Assembly (NCBI RefSeq): GCF_030028105.1 | Contig: NC_092379.1 | Span: 9,136,272-9,200,271, forward strand | DNA from: Mobula birostris | Taxonomy: Eukaryota | Direction of reading: 5' to 3' | DNA length: 64,000 nt | Part shown: positions 10,596 through 22,250 of the stretch, piece by piece | Numbering within the stretch: position 1 is the first letter of the stretch | Layout: each line of letters opens with the position of its first letter | Notes under the pieces: model-generated | Told to the model about the DNA's origin: nothing | Databases searched by the model: none | What the model saw: only the letters and a program-made list of their open reading frames with translations | Made by a program: the position numbers and the translations under genes

Positions 10596-11805
10596 AATGG
10601 ATATGATGCAAAAGAGGTGAGAGATAGGCTTGTTAGTGAGTCCAGGCTGCACACTCAGAGACGGGTCTAGAAAGTTGCCAGTTACGTTGGAATTCACCAG
10701 AGTTTCCTATGTGCATCGAACTGTGGGAGTGTGCAGGAGGAGTGAATTGGGCTATGAATCTCCAACGAGAGACCGGGGAAATTTGCTAAGTAGAAGGACC
10801 TTCATCTCTAACTGGTGGTGTTGATTTTTCCGGACGCCGTGGGCATTTGATATGTAGGTGATTGGCACCTCCGCAGTGACTGCAAAACTTGTTGCTCCAC
10901 CGAAGCTCACGCTCTTGTGGAGGGAGGAGGGCGGCTAAGGGAGCTCTCTCCAGCTGTATGGGTTTCGGAGCCGTTGATAATCAAGGTCTTGCAGCCTGAA
11001 TTGGTTCTTGGAAAGGAACGGGTGTTCTCGATGATGTTATGGAGGGCTATTCCTTAAGATGCTTGTAATTCGGACAGTTATTTCACGGTCGTTGAGCATC
11101 TCCCTGGTAAGCAGGTCGACTTTCAAGCGCTCCGAGAAGCCGTGATGGTAATGGGCCGAGGCGGGTCTACATTCCCACCACCCTCCGCCGGAGGGTCCCG
11201 AATTCTACTGTATAATCCAGCACCGATCGTGAGCCTTGTCGCAGGTAAAGTATTCTATCTGCTGCCCCATTCCACTTCGCGGATGGTCGAAAAGCTGGCG
11301 CACCTCAGGGGTATATTCCTCATATTTACTGCAAATGGTAGTTTTATTTTCCCAGTTAGCGGCGGCCCAAGTTACAGATCGCTGAGCCAAAAGAGAAATG
11401 ATGAAGGTGAGAATGGCTCGGTCTGTAACATACATACTGTATATATATCGCTGGAGATCGAAAATTTAGACGCACTGGGGCAGAGTGTTGCAGAGTCGGT
11501 TGTAGATTCATTGAAGCATTTGGACACCTGAATCCGGGGCTGCGTGGGCGGAGAGTTACTGGCACATGGAACTGTTTCGAAATGGACAGACCATCGATGG
11601 TTTCCTGCTGGATCGTGTGCCTCTGTTAACGAACGTTCTTTTAGACGAACTGAGTCAGTGGATGTTTCACCCATCCTGTCAGGGAATGTAGAGGAGGCTT
11701 GACTCAAACGCAGAACAGCGGGGACGATTTGGAGTTCAGCGAAAACTTTAATAATAAAAAAAACGCCACGAGGGGTCAGGAAACAAGAGAGAAGAGATAC
11801 ATCGC

Positions 11806-13900
11806 AGGATAAATTTGTGGATGATACCAAGATTGGGGGTATAGCAGACAGCGAGGAAGACACCTGGACAAGCCAGCGAGCACCGTGAGGGTCATGTTTT
11901 TTGACTTCTTCAGTGCGTTCAACACCATCCGCCCTACTCTGCTGTGGGAGAAGCTGACATCGATGCAGGTGGATGCTTTCTTGGTGTCATGGATTATTAA
12001 TTACCTGACTGGCAGACCACAGTACGTGTGCTTGGAACACTGTGTGTCAGACAGAGTGATCAGCAGCACTGGGGCTCCACAGGGGACTGTCTTGTCTCCC
12101 TTTCTCTTCACTATTTATACCCTGGACTTCAACTGCTGCACAGAGCCTTGCCATCTTCAAAAGTTCTCTGATGACTCTTCCACAGTTGGATGCATCAGCA
12201 AGGGAGATGAGGCTGAGTGCAGGGTTGCGGTAGGAAACTTATTCTGCAGCTTAATGTGAAAAAGACTAAGGAGCTGGTGGTGGACCTGAGGAGAGCTAAG
12301 GTACTGGTGACCCTTGTTTCCATCCAGGGGGTCAGTGTGGACATGGTGGAGGATTACAAATACCTGGGGATACGAATTGACAATAAACTGAACTGGTCAA
12401 AGAACACTGAGGCTGTCTACAAGAAGGGTCAGAGCCGTGTCTATTTCCTGAGGAGACTGAAGTTCTTTTAACATCTGTCGGACGATGCTGAGGATGTTCT
12501 GGCCAGTGCTATCATGTTTGCTGTTGTGTGCTGGGGCAGCAGGCTGAGGGTAGCAGACACCAACAGAATCAACAAACACATTCGTAAGGCCAGTGATGTT
12601 GTGGGGATGGAACTGGACTCTCTGACGGTGGTGACTGAAAAGGGGATGCTGTCCAAGTTGCACGTCATCTTGGACAATGTTTCCCATGCACTACATAATG
12701 TACTGGGTGGGCACAGGAGTACATTCAGCCAGAGACTCATTCCACCGAGATGCAACACTGAACGTCATAGGAAGTCATTCCTGCCTTTGGCCATCAAACT
12801 TTACAACTCCTCCGCTGGAGGGTCAGACACCCTGAGCCAATAGGCTGGTCCTGGACTTATTTCCTGGCATAATTTACATATTATTATTTAATTATTTATG
12901 CTTTTATATTGCTATATTTATACTCTATTCTTGGTTGGTGCAACTGTAACGAAACCCAGTTTTCCTCGGGATCAATAAAGTATGACTATGAATATGATTA
13001 TGACTATCTCGGTCTGCAGAGGGATCTGCATCAGCTTGAAATATGTGCTGCAAAATGGCAGATTGAATTCAATGCAGACAAGTGCAAAGTTTTACACTTT
13101 GATAGGACAAATCAGGGAATGTTTGACACAGTAAACGGTAGGGCATTGAAGAGTGTGGTTGAACAAAGCGATCTAGGAATACAGGTCCATAATTCATTGA
13201 AAATGGTGTCATAGGTAGCTAAGGTCGTAAAGAAAGCTTTCTACACATTGCCCTTCACAAATCTATGTATTTAGTACAGAAGATAGGATGCTATGTTGAA
13301 GTCGTATAAAGCATTGGCGCGGCTTAATTTGGAGTATTGTGCACAGATATAATAAGACCATAGGACCATAATCAGCTAGTTCACAGGAAAATGTAAATAA
13401 GTTTGAAAGAGTGCAAAGAAACATTTCAAAGATGCTGTCGGGTCTCGGGGACCCGCGATTTTAATGCAAGATTGAATAGATTAGGACTGTAATCTTTTGA
13501 GTATAGAATATCAAGAGGATATTTGTGTGAGGTATAAATGGTTATGAGGGATACATATAACGTAAATGCCAGCAGCGTTTTTACACTGGGTGGAACTACA
13601 ACCAGAGGTCAGAGAATGAAAGGTGGAAAATGTAAGGGGAGCATGAGGGAAAACTTCTTCACTCAGAGGGTCACGAGAGTGTGGACTGAGTTTCCAGCAC
13701 AAGTGGTGCATTCGAGCTAGATTTCAATGCGTAAGAGGAATTCGGATCGGTACATGAATATATGGATAGTAGCGATATGGACGGCTATGGCCACGGTGCA
13801 GGTCGATGGCTGTACGCGATTTAAATTGTTTTGGCGTAGATTAGATGAGTTGAAGGTTCCTGTTTCTGTGCTGTATTTCTAAATGTCTCTATGATTCTAT
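11806..13900 (+). mobile_element. CR1 LINE 3' part inserted in the Gypsy LTR and interrupted by Rex1
   Basis: KFVDDTKIGG at ~11810 resumes at 13008 with LQRDL..WQIEFNADKCKVLHF, then ENFFTQRV..VW, ending in a CTATG-type tail at ~13890. Confidence 0.8.
11861..13007 (+). mobile_element. Rex1/Babar-clade LINE, 5'-truncated
   Basis: RT motifs RVMFFDFFSAFNTI, STGAPQGTVLSPFLF, LQKFSDDS, YKYLG and C-terminal TERHRKSFLP. Ends in a (TATGAC)n-like tail. Inserted in a CR1. Confidence 0.88.
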
Positions 13901-14689
13901 GACAAGGTAGCGAGGTAACTAAAGGCTAGGAACTGCCCGTAGAGGCTGGGTGTTTCGATGGACAAACATGGGTTGTATATGAGAGCGAGGTTCAAATAGG
14001 CTGCAGACTATGAGCTGGAAACGACTGGCAGGTGACTACAGTTAGCTGGGTTGAGTCTTGTTTGGTGCCTGCCTGTGCACACTTGATGTCAGGAAAGATG
14101 CCTTTAATATTGGAAGAGTGTAGAAAACATACAAGAATGTTGCAAGGGCTTGAGGACCTAGGTTATAGGAAGTTTGAATGAGATAGGACTTTATTTCTTA
14201 CAGCGTAGGACAATGAGGGGATATTTAATAGTATACAAAATTATGAGTGGTATGTACCGGGTAAATGCAAAAAGGCTTTCTCCACTGAGGCTGGGTGATT
14301 CTAGAACGAGAATGAAAGACGAAATGTTTGAGGAAACATAATGGGGGACTTCTTCAATCAGAGGATGGTAAGACTGTGGAACGAGCTGCCAGCGGACTTT
14401 CTGGAAGCGTGTTCGATTTCAACACAAGAGAAATGTAGATAGATACATGCACGCATGGGAGATGCATAGAGGACAATGAGATGGGTGCAGGTCGAAGGGA
14501 CTAGGCAGGTTAAATGTTCTGCGCGGTGTGTATGGGTCGAAGGGACTGGCTCTGCGCTGTCGTCTTCTATGGCTCTATATCAAGGGCACAAGTCTCCACA
14601 CCATCGACAGCATTACAAGAGGCACTGCCACAAGGAAGCTACATCCAACTTCAAACATGTCTACCATGCAAGCTATGATTACCTCCCGA

Positions 14690-15600
14690 CCTCACACATC
14701 ATGAAGACTGCAAACAGGCTGGTCCCGGCTCACCTCCGACCGCTGGTCAGATCAGCCCCCGTTCCCCAGCAGTTTACCTACTATGAGCATATTGGAGTCG
14801 ACGATTCATCATCTACCTGCTGAACGGAGCCTACTTCCATTTGGACATGAAGGGAGCACGGTAGGATCATATTTTTTTGATTTCTGAAGTGCCTTTAATA
14901 CCATACAGCCCTTATTACTGGGGAAAATTCTCTGTTCAATGCAGGTCGACAGTTCCAATGTATCCTGGTTTATGGACGACATGACTGGCAGACCACAGTT
15001 TGTGCCACTTCAGAGCTGTGGGTCATACGTGGGTATAAGCAGCATTGTGGCCCCACAGGGGACTGTATTGGTTCCCTTCCAGTTTACCCTGTATACCCCA
15101 GACTTGAGATACAACGCTGAGTCATGTCATCTGCAGAAATTCTCTAATGACTCAGTAATAGTTGGGTTTAGAAATGGACGAGAGGAGGATGAATGCAGGT
15201 GGAGGTTTTTCTCGTATATTACAAGCGGAATAACCAGCAACTCAACATCAGTAAGACAAAGGAGATTTTAATGGAATTCAGGAACAGCAATCCTGAACCG
15301 CGCCCTATTCCTGTTGATGGTTAGGGCGTGGATGTGGTGAGGACCTACAACTACTTAGTGCTGCACCTGAACGACAGACGTGGGTGGAGCACCAACACGG
15401 AAACTGTGAAAGGGAAGGGCCAGAATTACTTCTACTTCTTGAGTAGACTGAGGTATTTTGGAGTATGCAAGCCTCTCCTTCACACGTTCTACCAGTCTGT
15501 TATCGCCAGCACAATCTTCCATGGGATGGTGTGCTGGGATAATGGCATCAAAACCGGTGATGTCAAAAGACTCAATAAACCGATTAGAGTGTTGCAAACT
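14690..15600 (+). mobile_element. Degenerate Rex1/Babar LINE fragment
   Basis: VAPQGTVLVPFQFTLYT..HLQKFSNDS and YNYLVLHLND..YFLSRLR motifs, with frameshifts. Confidence 0.8.
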
Positions 15601-15939
15601 TCGTCAGTTCTTACCCAGGGACAATCCGCTCCGCCATCAAGCGGTATTGACTCAAGAAAGGAATATCAATCATTACGAACCCCTACCATCCGGTACATGC
15701 ACTGTTCTCGTAGCACCGCCAGGGAAGAGCTACAGGAGCCTGAAGAGCCACCTCCAACAATTGAGAAACAGAATATTTCTGAACACATGCACAGCAGTCA
15801 TTGAGCTTTTTAAGGTATTTGTTCATTTTTGAGTTTATAGCAAATTTATGTCTTTCTTCTTTACTGCTTCATCGAAGCAACAAATTTCACATCACAAAAA
15901 ATAACGATAATAAATTTGATTCTGATTCTGAAATCCGAT

Positions 15940-16250
15940 TTTAACCTTGGCATCAGTTATTTTGGGAATTATCTGTTCCACATACGGAAGTGCTTCACGG
16001 AACTTTCTGTGTCTTGTGAAACAGATTCCATCCTGGCAGTCTTGAACCCAATAATTCTGCTTCTCTCTTTGACAAATCCAAGTCTCTGATCAGGTTAGTT
16101 AATTCAGACTGAGTTAACAGATGAGGCTCACTCGACAAAAAGGGTTCAATATCTGAATCAGTGTCAGCGTTTTCTATTCCTGGACTGGACATCATGGCAC
16201 CTTTGTCTGCCTCCCATAGACTGTATGTCCTGATTTTCTGAAACCGGTCA
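15940..16250 (-). mobile_element. DNA transposase fragment (possibly TcMar-m44-like)
   Basis: ORF 15995-16195 PHLLTQSELTNLIRDLDLSKREAELLGSRLPGWNL matches a motif I recognise from animal DNA transposases. The family assignment is uncertain. Confidence 0.5.
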
Positions 16251-16899
16251 TGCCATTTATAAATCGGGTTGAATTTGCCTGCATTTGGCCCATATCATCG
16301 TGAATCCTTTGTATGAATATACCTGCCTAAATATCCCTTAAATGCTTTTACTATTCCCACTTCTACAACTTCCTCTGGCAATTCTTTCCTTATACTCACC
16401 ACTATTTTTCCTCACTCTTGGATTCATACTGCATTGTGTTGGAACTTTCCTCGATCCAGATTTATCTTCATCTTGTTTTCTACTATCTCGCCCGCTCAGA
16501 CATACAAAGGTATGTACTGGATACAAACCCTTTAGCTTACCATCTACTTGCCAAGCTATTTCGATGAATCTATAGTATATATTTATTTCCTCCATATTCC
16601 CAACAGCTTCACCCAGTTTCTGCCACTGACTTACAAATTAGGGCAAACTTATTGAGAACAATTAGCCCACCAGGTTTGACGTGTTTCTGGAGTGAGAAAA
16701 AATTCACAAAGTCCTGGAGACAACGTGTAAATTCCTCACAGCTGGCACTGGGGGTCGCGATCTAAAACAAGGCCTTTGTAAGGCAACAGCAGGAAATTCT
16801 GTCCCACTCTGCCATTTATTTGCAACAAGGTAGACGAAGTAGCAGGATCAAGAGGGTTAATCTGTTGGATATTATTGAGGTCTGGTCAGAAAAGTGCAG

Positions 16900-17760
16900 A
16901 GCTAAAGATGGCGCCAGATAGCGACTTCACTCCGCCCATGAGCGAAACATTTAAATTCTCCTATTCTATGGTCTATTTCCCTTTTGAGGGTGGCTGCGTC
17001 CTGTCAGTGTCTTCGATCTACAGCAGCACTCAAACAGCGGTTCTCTACTGCAGCGTGTTCCCGTACTTGGAGCTCGCCGATCGACCGCGATTTTGTTATG
17101 TCCAGGTTTGGTCTGAAGTCGGACGCGTTCGGGGTGCGGCCTTGCGCGGTTCTGTGGACACTAATTCCCGCGGGCGTCGGACACTGAAGCGTAGCGGGAG
17201 CTGGAACATCGAAGTCAGTGTGAGCGGTTGTTGGAGGCCTCTGCACTCCGGAATTGATCTCTCGCTTTCTCTCTCTTCTCGACGGCGAGTGCGAATTTGC
17301 TGCCGTTTCGCGATAAGGGGAAATCGAAGTAAAATAAAGCAACAACAACATTTCAGACTGACGATAACCTCGAAACAGCGACTGTTTGTCTCCCCTCTCG
17401 CTGTGGAAGGAAGAATCTCTCTCTCTCTCCCTACTTAGTGTGACAGAGAGATCCTGAGCGTTGTTAAAATTTTGGGATAAAATTAGCTTTGGATGTACAG
17501 TAGACTATTGTGTTTTCTGGAGGCTTTGGCGTTGCCTGCATGGTGGGTAATGGGAATGCTGATGCTTCATGCCCGAACAAGTTAATGCTGCTTGCTGTAG
17601 CTTGTGCGTCGGAGGAGGGTCGGGGGCTTTGGGGTTCTTAGGATTTTTTGCTGTCATTCATTCCTTGTTTTTCTTTCTGTTTCGACAATGTTTGCGGATA
17701 GTGAGAATTTCGGGTCGTATATTGTATATTTGCTTTGATATTAAACGGAACCATTGAAGG
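16900..17760 (+). mobile_element. Non-coding interspersed retroposon (AAGATGGCG-headed family)
   Basis: Starts with the YY1-like AAGATGGCG at 16905, has a CpG-rich body, and ends GATATTAAACGGAACCATTGAA. Homologs at 9820-10595 and 54356-54935. Confidence 0.55.
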
Positions 17761-17906
17761 ATTGAAGACACAGTGCTGAATGAGCGCAGTATTTATTAAT
17801 GTTACACGAAGTTTTGTAGATTTACCGGTAGGAGAAGTAGCTTTGCAGGGTCGGTCTGGTAACGCAGTGATATTAGGACACATGCAAGAAAATAACATGA
17901 AGCATT

Positions 17907-18414
17907 TGTCATGATCCGGTCCGGGAAGTCCGCATTCCGGTTCCTGGTACGGTCCGTGGAGTCAGGACTCCGGATCTTCCAGCTGTCCCTTGTTTCAGTT
18001 GGGTTAATAATAGGCACCTGATTCCCATCTTAGGGCTTGAAATATAATTAGCCTTGGGGTCGAGTGTGGGGTTTGGTTTGTCTTGTCAAGATTCCCTGGG
18101 AGCAACCTGCCTGTGGAAGGCTAGAGCGGCCACTTGCCATCTTTAGGTCGCGTTGGAGAACCATCGCTTCATGGAGCCTTGCTGTCGGTAGTCTGAGCTG
18201 TCTTTGCGGTATGGATTCGGCCGTTTTCCGGGCCAGCTGAGTGGCCGTCAGCCACTCCGAGCTAGGTAGGGATCCGGCTGTTTCGGTAACCAGCCGAGGT
18301 TGCTGGCCGTAACTGCGACTCGGAGTAACCACGATGCAGAGATGGAACTGTCTGTAGTACTTCAGTGTCTGTGCCTTACATTTGGGTCCGTTCCCAACGC
18401 CTCCCATTGTGACA
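17907..18414. mobile_element. Solo LTR (Gypsy-type)
   Basis: TGTCA...TGACA inverted termini, 508 bp, 5-bp target duplication GCATT/GTATT (1 mismatch). Confidence 0.75.
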
Positions 18415-19087
18415 GTATTAGCAATTCGAATCATGTTAGGCGATAAAGGGTGAGAAAAAAATAAACTGATAGCTCTCCTGTTAACTAGATCAAGAAGAGA
18501 ATTGGGGCCTAAAGTCAGGGTAAATCAATCGTTACGCACTCGACTTGGACTTTTAAATTTCATCCACCGATTCATCTGGAGTCGTCGATCTTCTCCAGAA
18601 GTTTATGTGTTGCTCCACATTCGAGCAATTCCAGTTTATAGTATGTCATGTCTTAACATTCTGTTGGCTGATTGGCAAATTTGCTTTAAGGAGGATGGTT
18701 TAGTGCATGCTGGTGGGACTGTTTCCATGAACGTAATTTTGGAGGTGCAATCGGAAGTAGGCTAACCAAATATTAATAAGACTCAAAAATAAAGAAACTG
18801 AAAATGCCGGAAATAAAATCATAAGACATAGGGGCAGAGTTAATCGATTTGGGTTGTTGACTCTACTCTGCCATTCCATCATGGCTGATCGTTACCCCAC
18901 TCATCCCTAATCTGCTTCCTTCTCCCCATGACCGTTGACTCCCTTACCAGTCAATAACCTATCACCCTATACTTTAAACATATCCATTGACTTCGCATCC
19001 ATAGCCACCTCCAACAAAGAATTCCACAGATTCACTAACATCTGGCTAAAGACAATCCTCCTCATCTCCGTTCTAAATGAAAGTCTC

Positions 19088-19325
19088 ATGTTCCCTTTAA
19101 TCTGCACAAGTGTGTGGCTGCCCAGAGACTGAAATGCTCTGGCACACATAGCACGTTGCTGCACAGCTGGAACTTCTTTTTAGATAATGTTTTATTAAAG
19201 TGCCACACAGTTTTCAGGTGTTGTGAAACTGTCCTGTCCAGAGCAATGGTTGGTCACCACAAATGCAAAAATGGAGCATTTCAGTTTCCGGACAGCCACA
19301 CACTTGTGCAGCTTAAAGGGAACAT
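19088..19325. mobile_element. MITE with ~52-bp terminal inverted repeats (hAT-like ends)
   Basis: ATGTTCCCTTTAATCTGCACAAGTGTGTGGCTG..GAAATGCTC (19088-19139) is the reverse complement of 19274-19325 with few mismatches. Confidence 0.75.
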
Positions 19326-20819
19326 TATTATGATTATGAAGATACGCAGTCCTCTTTTATTGTCATTTAGTAATGCATGCATTAAGAAATGATACATTAT
19401 TTCCTCCGGTATGATATCACAAAACACAGGACAAACCAAGACTGAAAAAACTGACAAAACCACATAATTATAACATATAGTTACAAGCAGTATAACAATA
19501 CCATAACTTGATGAAGAAGTCCATGAGCACAGTAAAGTTCAAAGTCTCTCAAATATCCCACATCTCACGCAGAGGGGAGAAGGAAGAAAAACTCTCCCTG
19601 TCATGTCGACCACAATCCGACTCCGAGTCATCCGAAAACTTCGAGCTCTGATCAGCTCTCCGACACCGAGTACTGAGCGCCATCTCTGTCCGAACAATTC
19701 GACCTCCTTCTCGGTCGCCAAAAGCAGGCAAGGCCGGGGATTTTGAGGCCTACCCTCCGAACGATTCACGACCACGCAGTAAGAACAGCAGCGAACGGGC
19801 GTTTCAGAAATTTCTCCAGATGTTCCTCTGTGCTTTCACGTCCATTCTCCATCAAATCAGAATTGTCCACGGCCCCTAGACTTCTTGATTGTAAGTTACC
19901 CTGCAAAATTTTTCATTTGCTGTAGGTAATCAGGCATGAAAGAAAGCCATATTAACGTTCAGCAAACTGCCTGTGGAAATTCCTTCTATGTGTCAAAATT
20001 CAGTCAGATATCTTGTTCCACTTGACTTTGCTTTGATTCAAAGCTGATTATTTCGATATCTTGTATTTCACTCTGCTCGACATGAATGGCACTTGCACTG
20101 CCTAGCCTCCTACCTCACTGGATTCGGAAACGCCATCGAAAGGAAGGTTCGCAGCCAACCATGTCACAACCTAGCAAGGGGCTGGTTAAACCGGAGACTA
20201 CTTACCCTTCAAGGTGACGTTCAAAAGTCCAGCTATCCTGCACATTTCCGTGTCACTACACCTCACCAAATGCAGACAAAAACATAAAAGCAAGACTGCA
20301 TCTTGAACTTTAAAATGCATTTCGCATCCTGGTATTGTTCTCTCCACCCTGTTGAAGGAGTCTCAACTATTCAGTGTTTGTGTGAAGGAAAGTCAACTGC
20401 ACAGTTCTGCCCCCATAAAATATAATATCTAGCCCTGTAAAACTCGCAATCCGCTGATTCTTTACAGTACCAGATGATCAATTAATCTTTCTTAGGTTTT
20501 AAGCCATCTCTATATCTCATGCTGATGAATTTTCTTTATATCTCCAAGCTTCCTTCACTTATTGATTTCATAAGTATTGCAATAAATAATTATTACACTT
20601 TGAATCATTGAACTGTTCCCCCTGCTGTCTTTAATTATTTGCAATGATGAATCTTGTTCTCTCCAAAATCCAATTTTCCAAAATTTGAATCTTGAACAGT
20701 AAGTTAACTTTTACAATCCTTCTTCTAATACTGCATTACAATCATGCACAGGCATCTTTCTGACTACTTTCAAAAAGTAAATCAAATGTGTTTGTTCAGT
20801 TGTGAATGCCAAAATGGAA

Positions 20820-21041
20820 TCAGGATTGCGCAGTTTATACATTATTCATCAAAAACTATTAATGACAACTGCTTTTAGCTTCGTGTTCAAATTAATTTAA
20901 TTAGCATCGATTAGCAATGATACCTTGGTAACATTCTCCCTGGTGAACGATACTGACTATAAAAATAATACACAGAGAATGCAGTGTATAGGCTACTTAA
21001 AGAATCCTGTATGTATTGGCTACTTAAGGAATCCTGTAGCA
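20820..21041 (+). promoter_or_regulatory. Conserved promoter cassette of GPCR gene B
   Basis: TAATTA at ~20898, TCCCTGGTGA 20937-20946, TATAAA at ~20958, and a 27-bp tandem duplication at 20985-21038. Confidence 0.55.
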
Positions 21042-21111
21042 ATGCATGCGCCTCCAAAGATTTTGTGGTTTGTCGTCTACTATTACACCATTGCAATAAT
21101 CGGCATTCCTG
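21042..21111 (+). pseudogene. GPR139-like GPCR gene B, exon 1 (MHAPPKILWFVVYYYTIAIIGIP+G)
   Basis: Same length and phase as gene A exon 1; donor G|GTAGAG. Confidence 0.85.
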
Positions 21112-21489
21112 GTAGAGTATTGGTGTTGCTTATCAGCCTCCAATATTTTGTGAACTGTTGTATTGCTGATGTATTTACTATTATTGTTGGTTCCTGCTAA
21201 ATGTAGATATTTACCCATTTGCCATTCTCTAAGTATCATTAGTACACTTTAATAGTTTTGGTCTTTTGCTTATACCATTTCAACTGAATATATATCTCTT
21301 TTAATTTTTATATAGTTATAGTGCATTTTAGAATATTTAGTTGCATACTTTTAAACCTTCTAATTTTTTTAATGATTTTCATACGTATCGTATCCTCTGT
21401 TCTCATCCTGATGGTAAGCAGTCAAGTCAAATCGAGGTATTTATGTTCTTCTGTTACTCGTTACATAAACTTGTTTGGGTGCATTCTCC

Positions 21490-22250
21490 AGTTACCTTAT
21501 AAGGTAACCGTAGCCTTCAGCCAGGAGCAGATGCCATCAGGTGGTTGCCAACCTTCACCGAGTGTTTCGACCCTTAACCACGACATTCTCCAGTTGGTGG
21601 GCCGGCAGTGGTGGCCAAATCACTGCCCATCTGCTCCTGGCTTCCAGTTCCCCTCCTCTCACCTACTGCAAATCCAACAAGAGGCTCGCTCTGCCTCTTC
21701 CCCCATCCTACGAGCTGCTTGTTTTTTGCTCCTTTCGTCCAGGCCCAGACCTGACAACAACCGCCATGCTGATTTGGCTGGGAAACCTCTGCAGCCGATC
21801 TCCACAGGGAACAACCGTGCCTGCCATCCCTTGTCTTTATACTCCTGCAGTAAGGGCTGGTACTTCAAGGCCTTTCTCTCGTGGGCCTCTTCCCATCCCT
21901 CCGCCCACGGAATAGTCAACTCAACCAGAATTATTTTCTTGTCTTCAGTTGACCACAGTACAATGTCCGGGCGTAGGGTTGTGTGCACCACATCCGGGAA
22001 CTGCAACCTCCTACCCGCATCGACCCTCATCTCCCAGGACCTGGCCGTTAGCAGCAGATTGGGCTTTGGTTGTTTGGTTACGAAAGGTCTATCTCCCTCT
22101 TTGATGAAGCTGATGGCCTTCCTCAAATCTGTGCCAGCCTTCCTCTTCTTGCACCTCTCCCGCTCTAGTGTGTCAGCAAGAGCCAGAAGCACCTTATCAT
22201 GGCGCCACCTGTATCGTCCTTGAGTTAGGGCTGTTTTACACCCGGACAGT
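21490..22250 (-). mobile_element. HERO/R2-like non-LTR retrotransposon 3' fragment with restriction-like endonuclease
   Basis: ORF 21659-22303: ILSGC..GRYRWRHDKVL, LRPDIVLWS, ILVELTIPW, KALKY, PVEIGCRGF (RHD, PD..E..K REL motifs). Confidence 0.85.

Larger units (their letters stand above)
7426..14091 (-). mobile_element. Degenerate Ty3/Gypsy chromovirus (Sushi-like) LTR retrotransposon, copy 1
   Basis: Related LTRs start TGTCA at 7426 and 11677; the second is interrupted by CR1+Rex1 and ends at ~14091. PPT complement CCCTCCCCACC at ~7759. Minus-strand remnants: gag (FIISLLAQRSVTWAAANWE..FDHP, 11205-11435), RT (FVFVYPDNILIIS), RNase H (RWALFLEE..ISYRP..KADTLSR), integrase GPF motif (APFLGPFKI..INPV) and chromodomain (EGYGPKGKSW..ILDTSLMEEFH). 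Confidence 0.85.

Noticed and set aside
11142-11600. Domesticated PEG10/RTL-like gag gene
   Set aside because: The gag remnant is fragmented by stops and frameshifts and lies between LTRs of a decayed element.
16875-17438. 187-aa ORF as a novel gene
   Set aside because: It lies in a GC-rich interspersed repeat whose other two copies do not preserve the frame.
21321-22223. 300-aa + strand ORF as a host gene
   Set aside because: It is the antisense shadow of the HERO endonuclease ORF plus AT-rich intron sequence.
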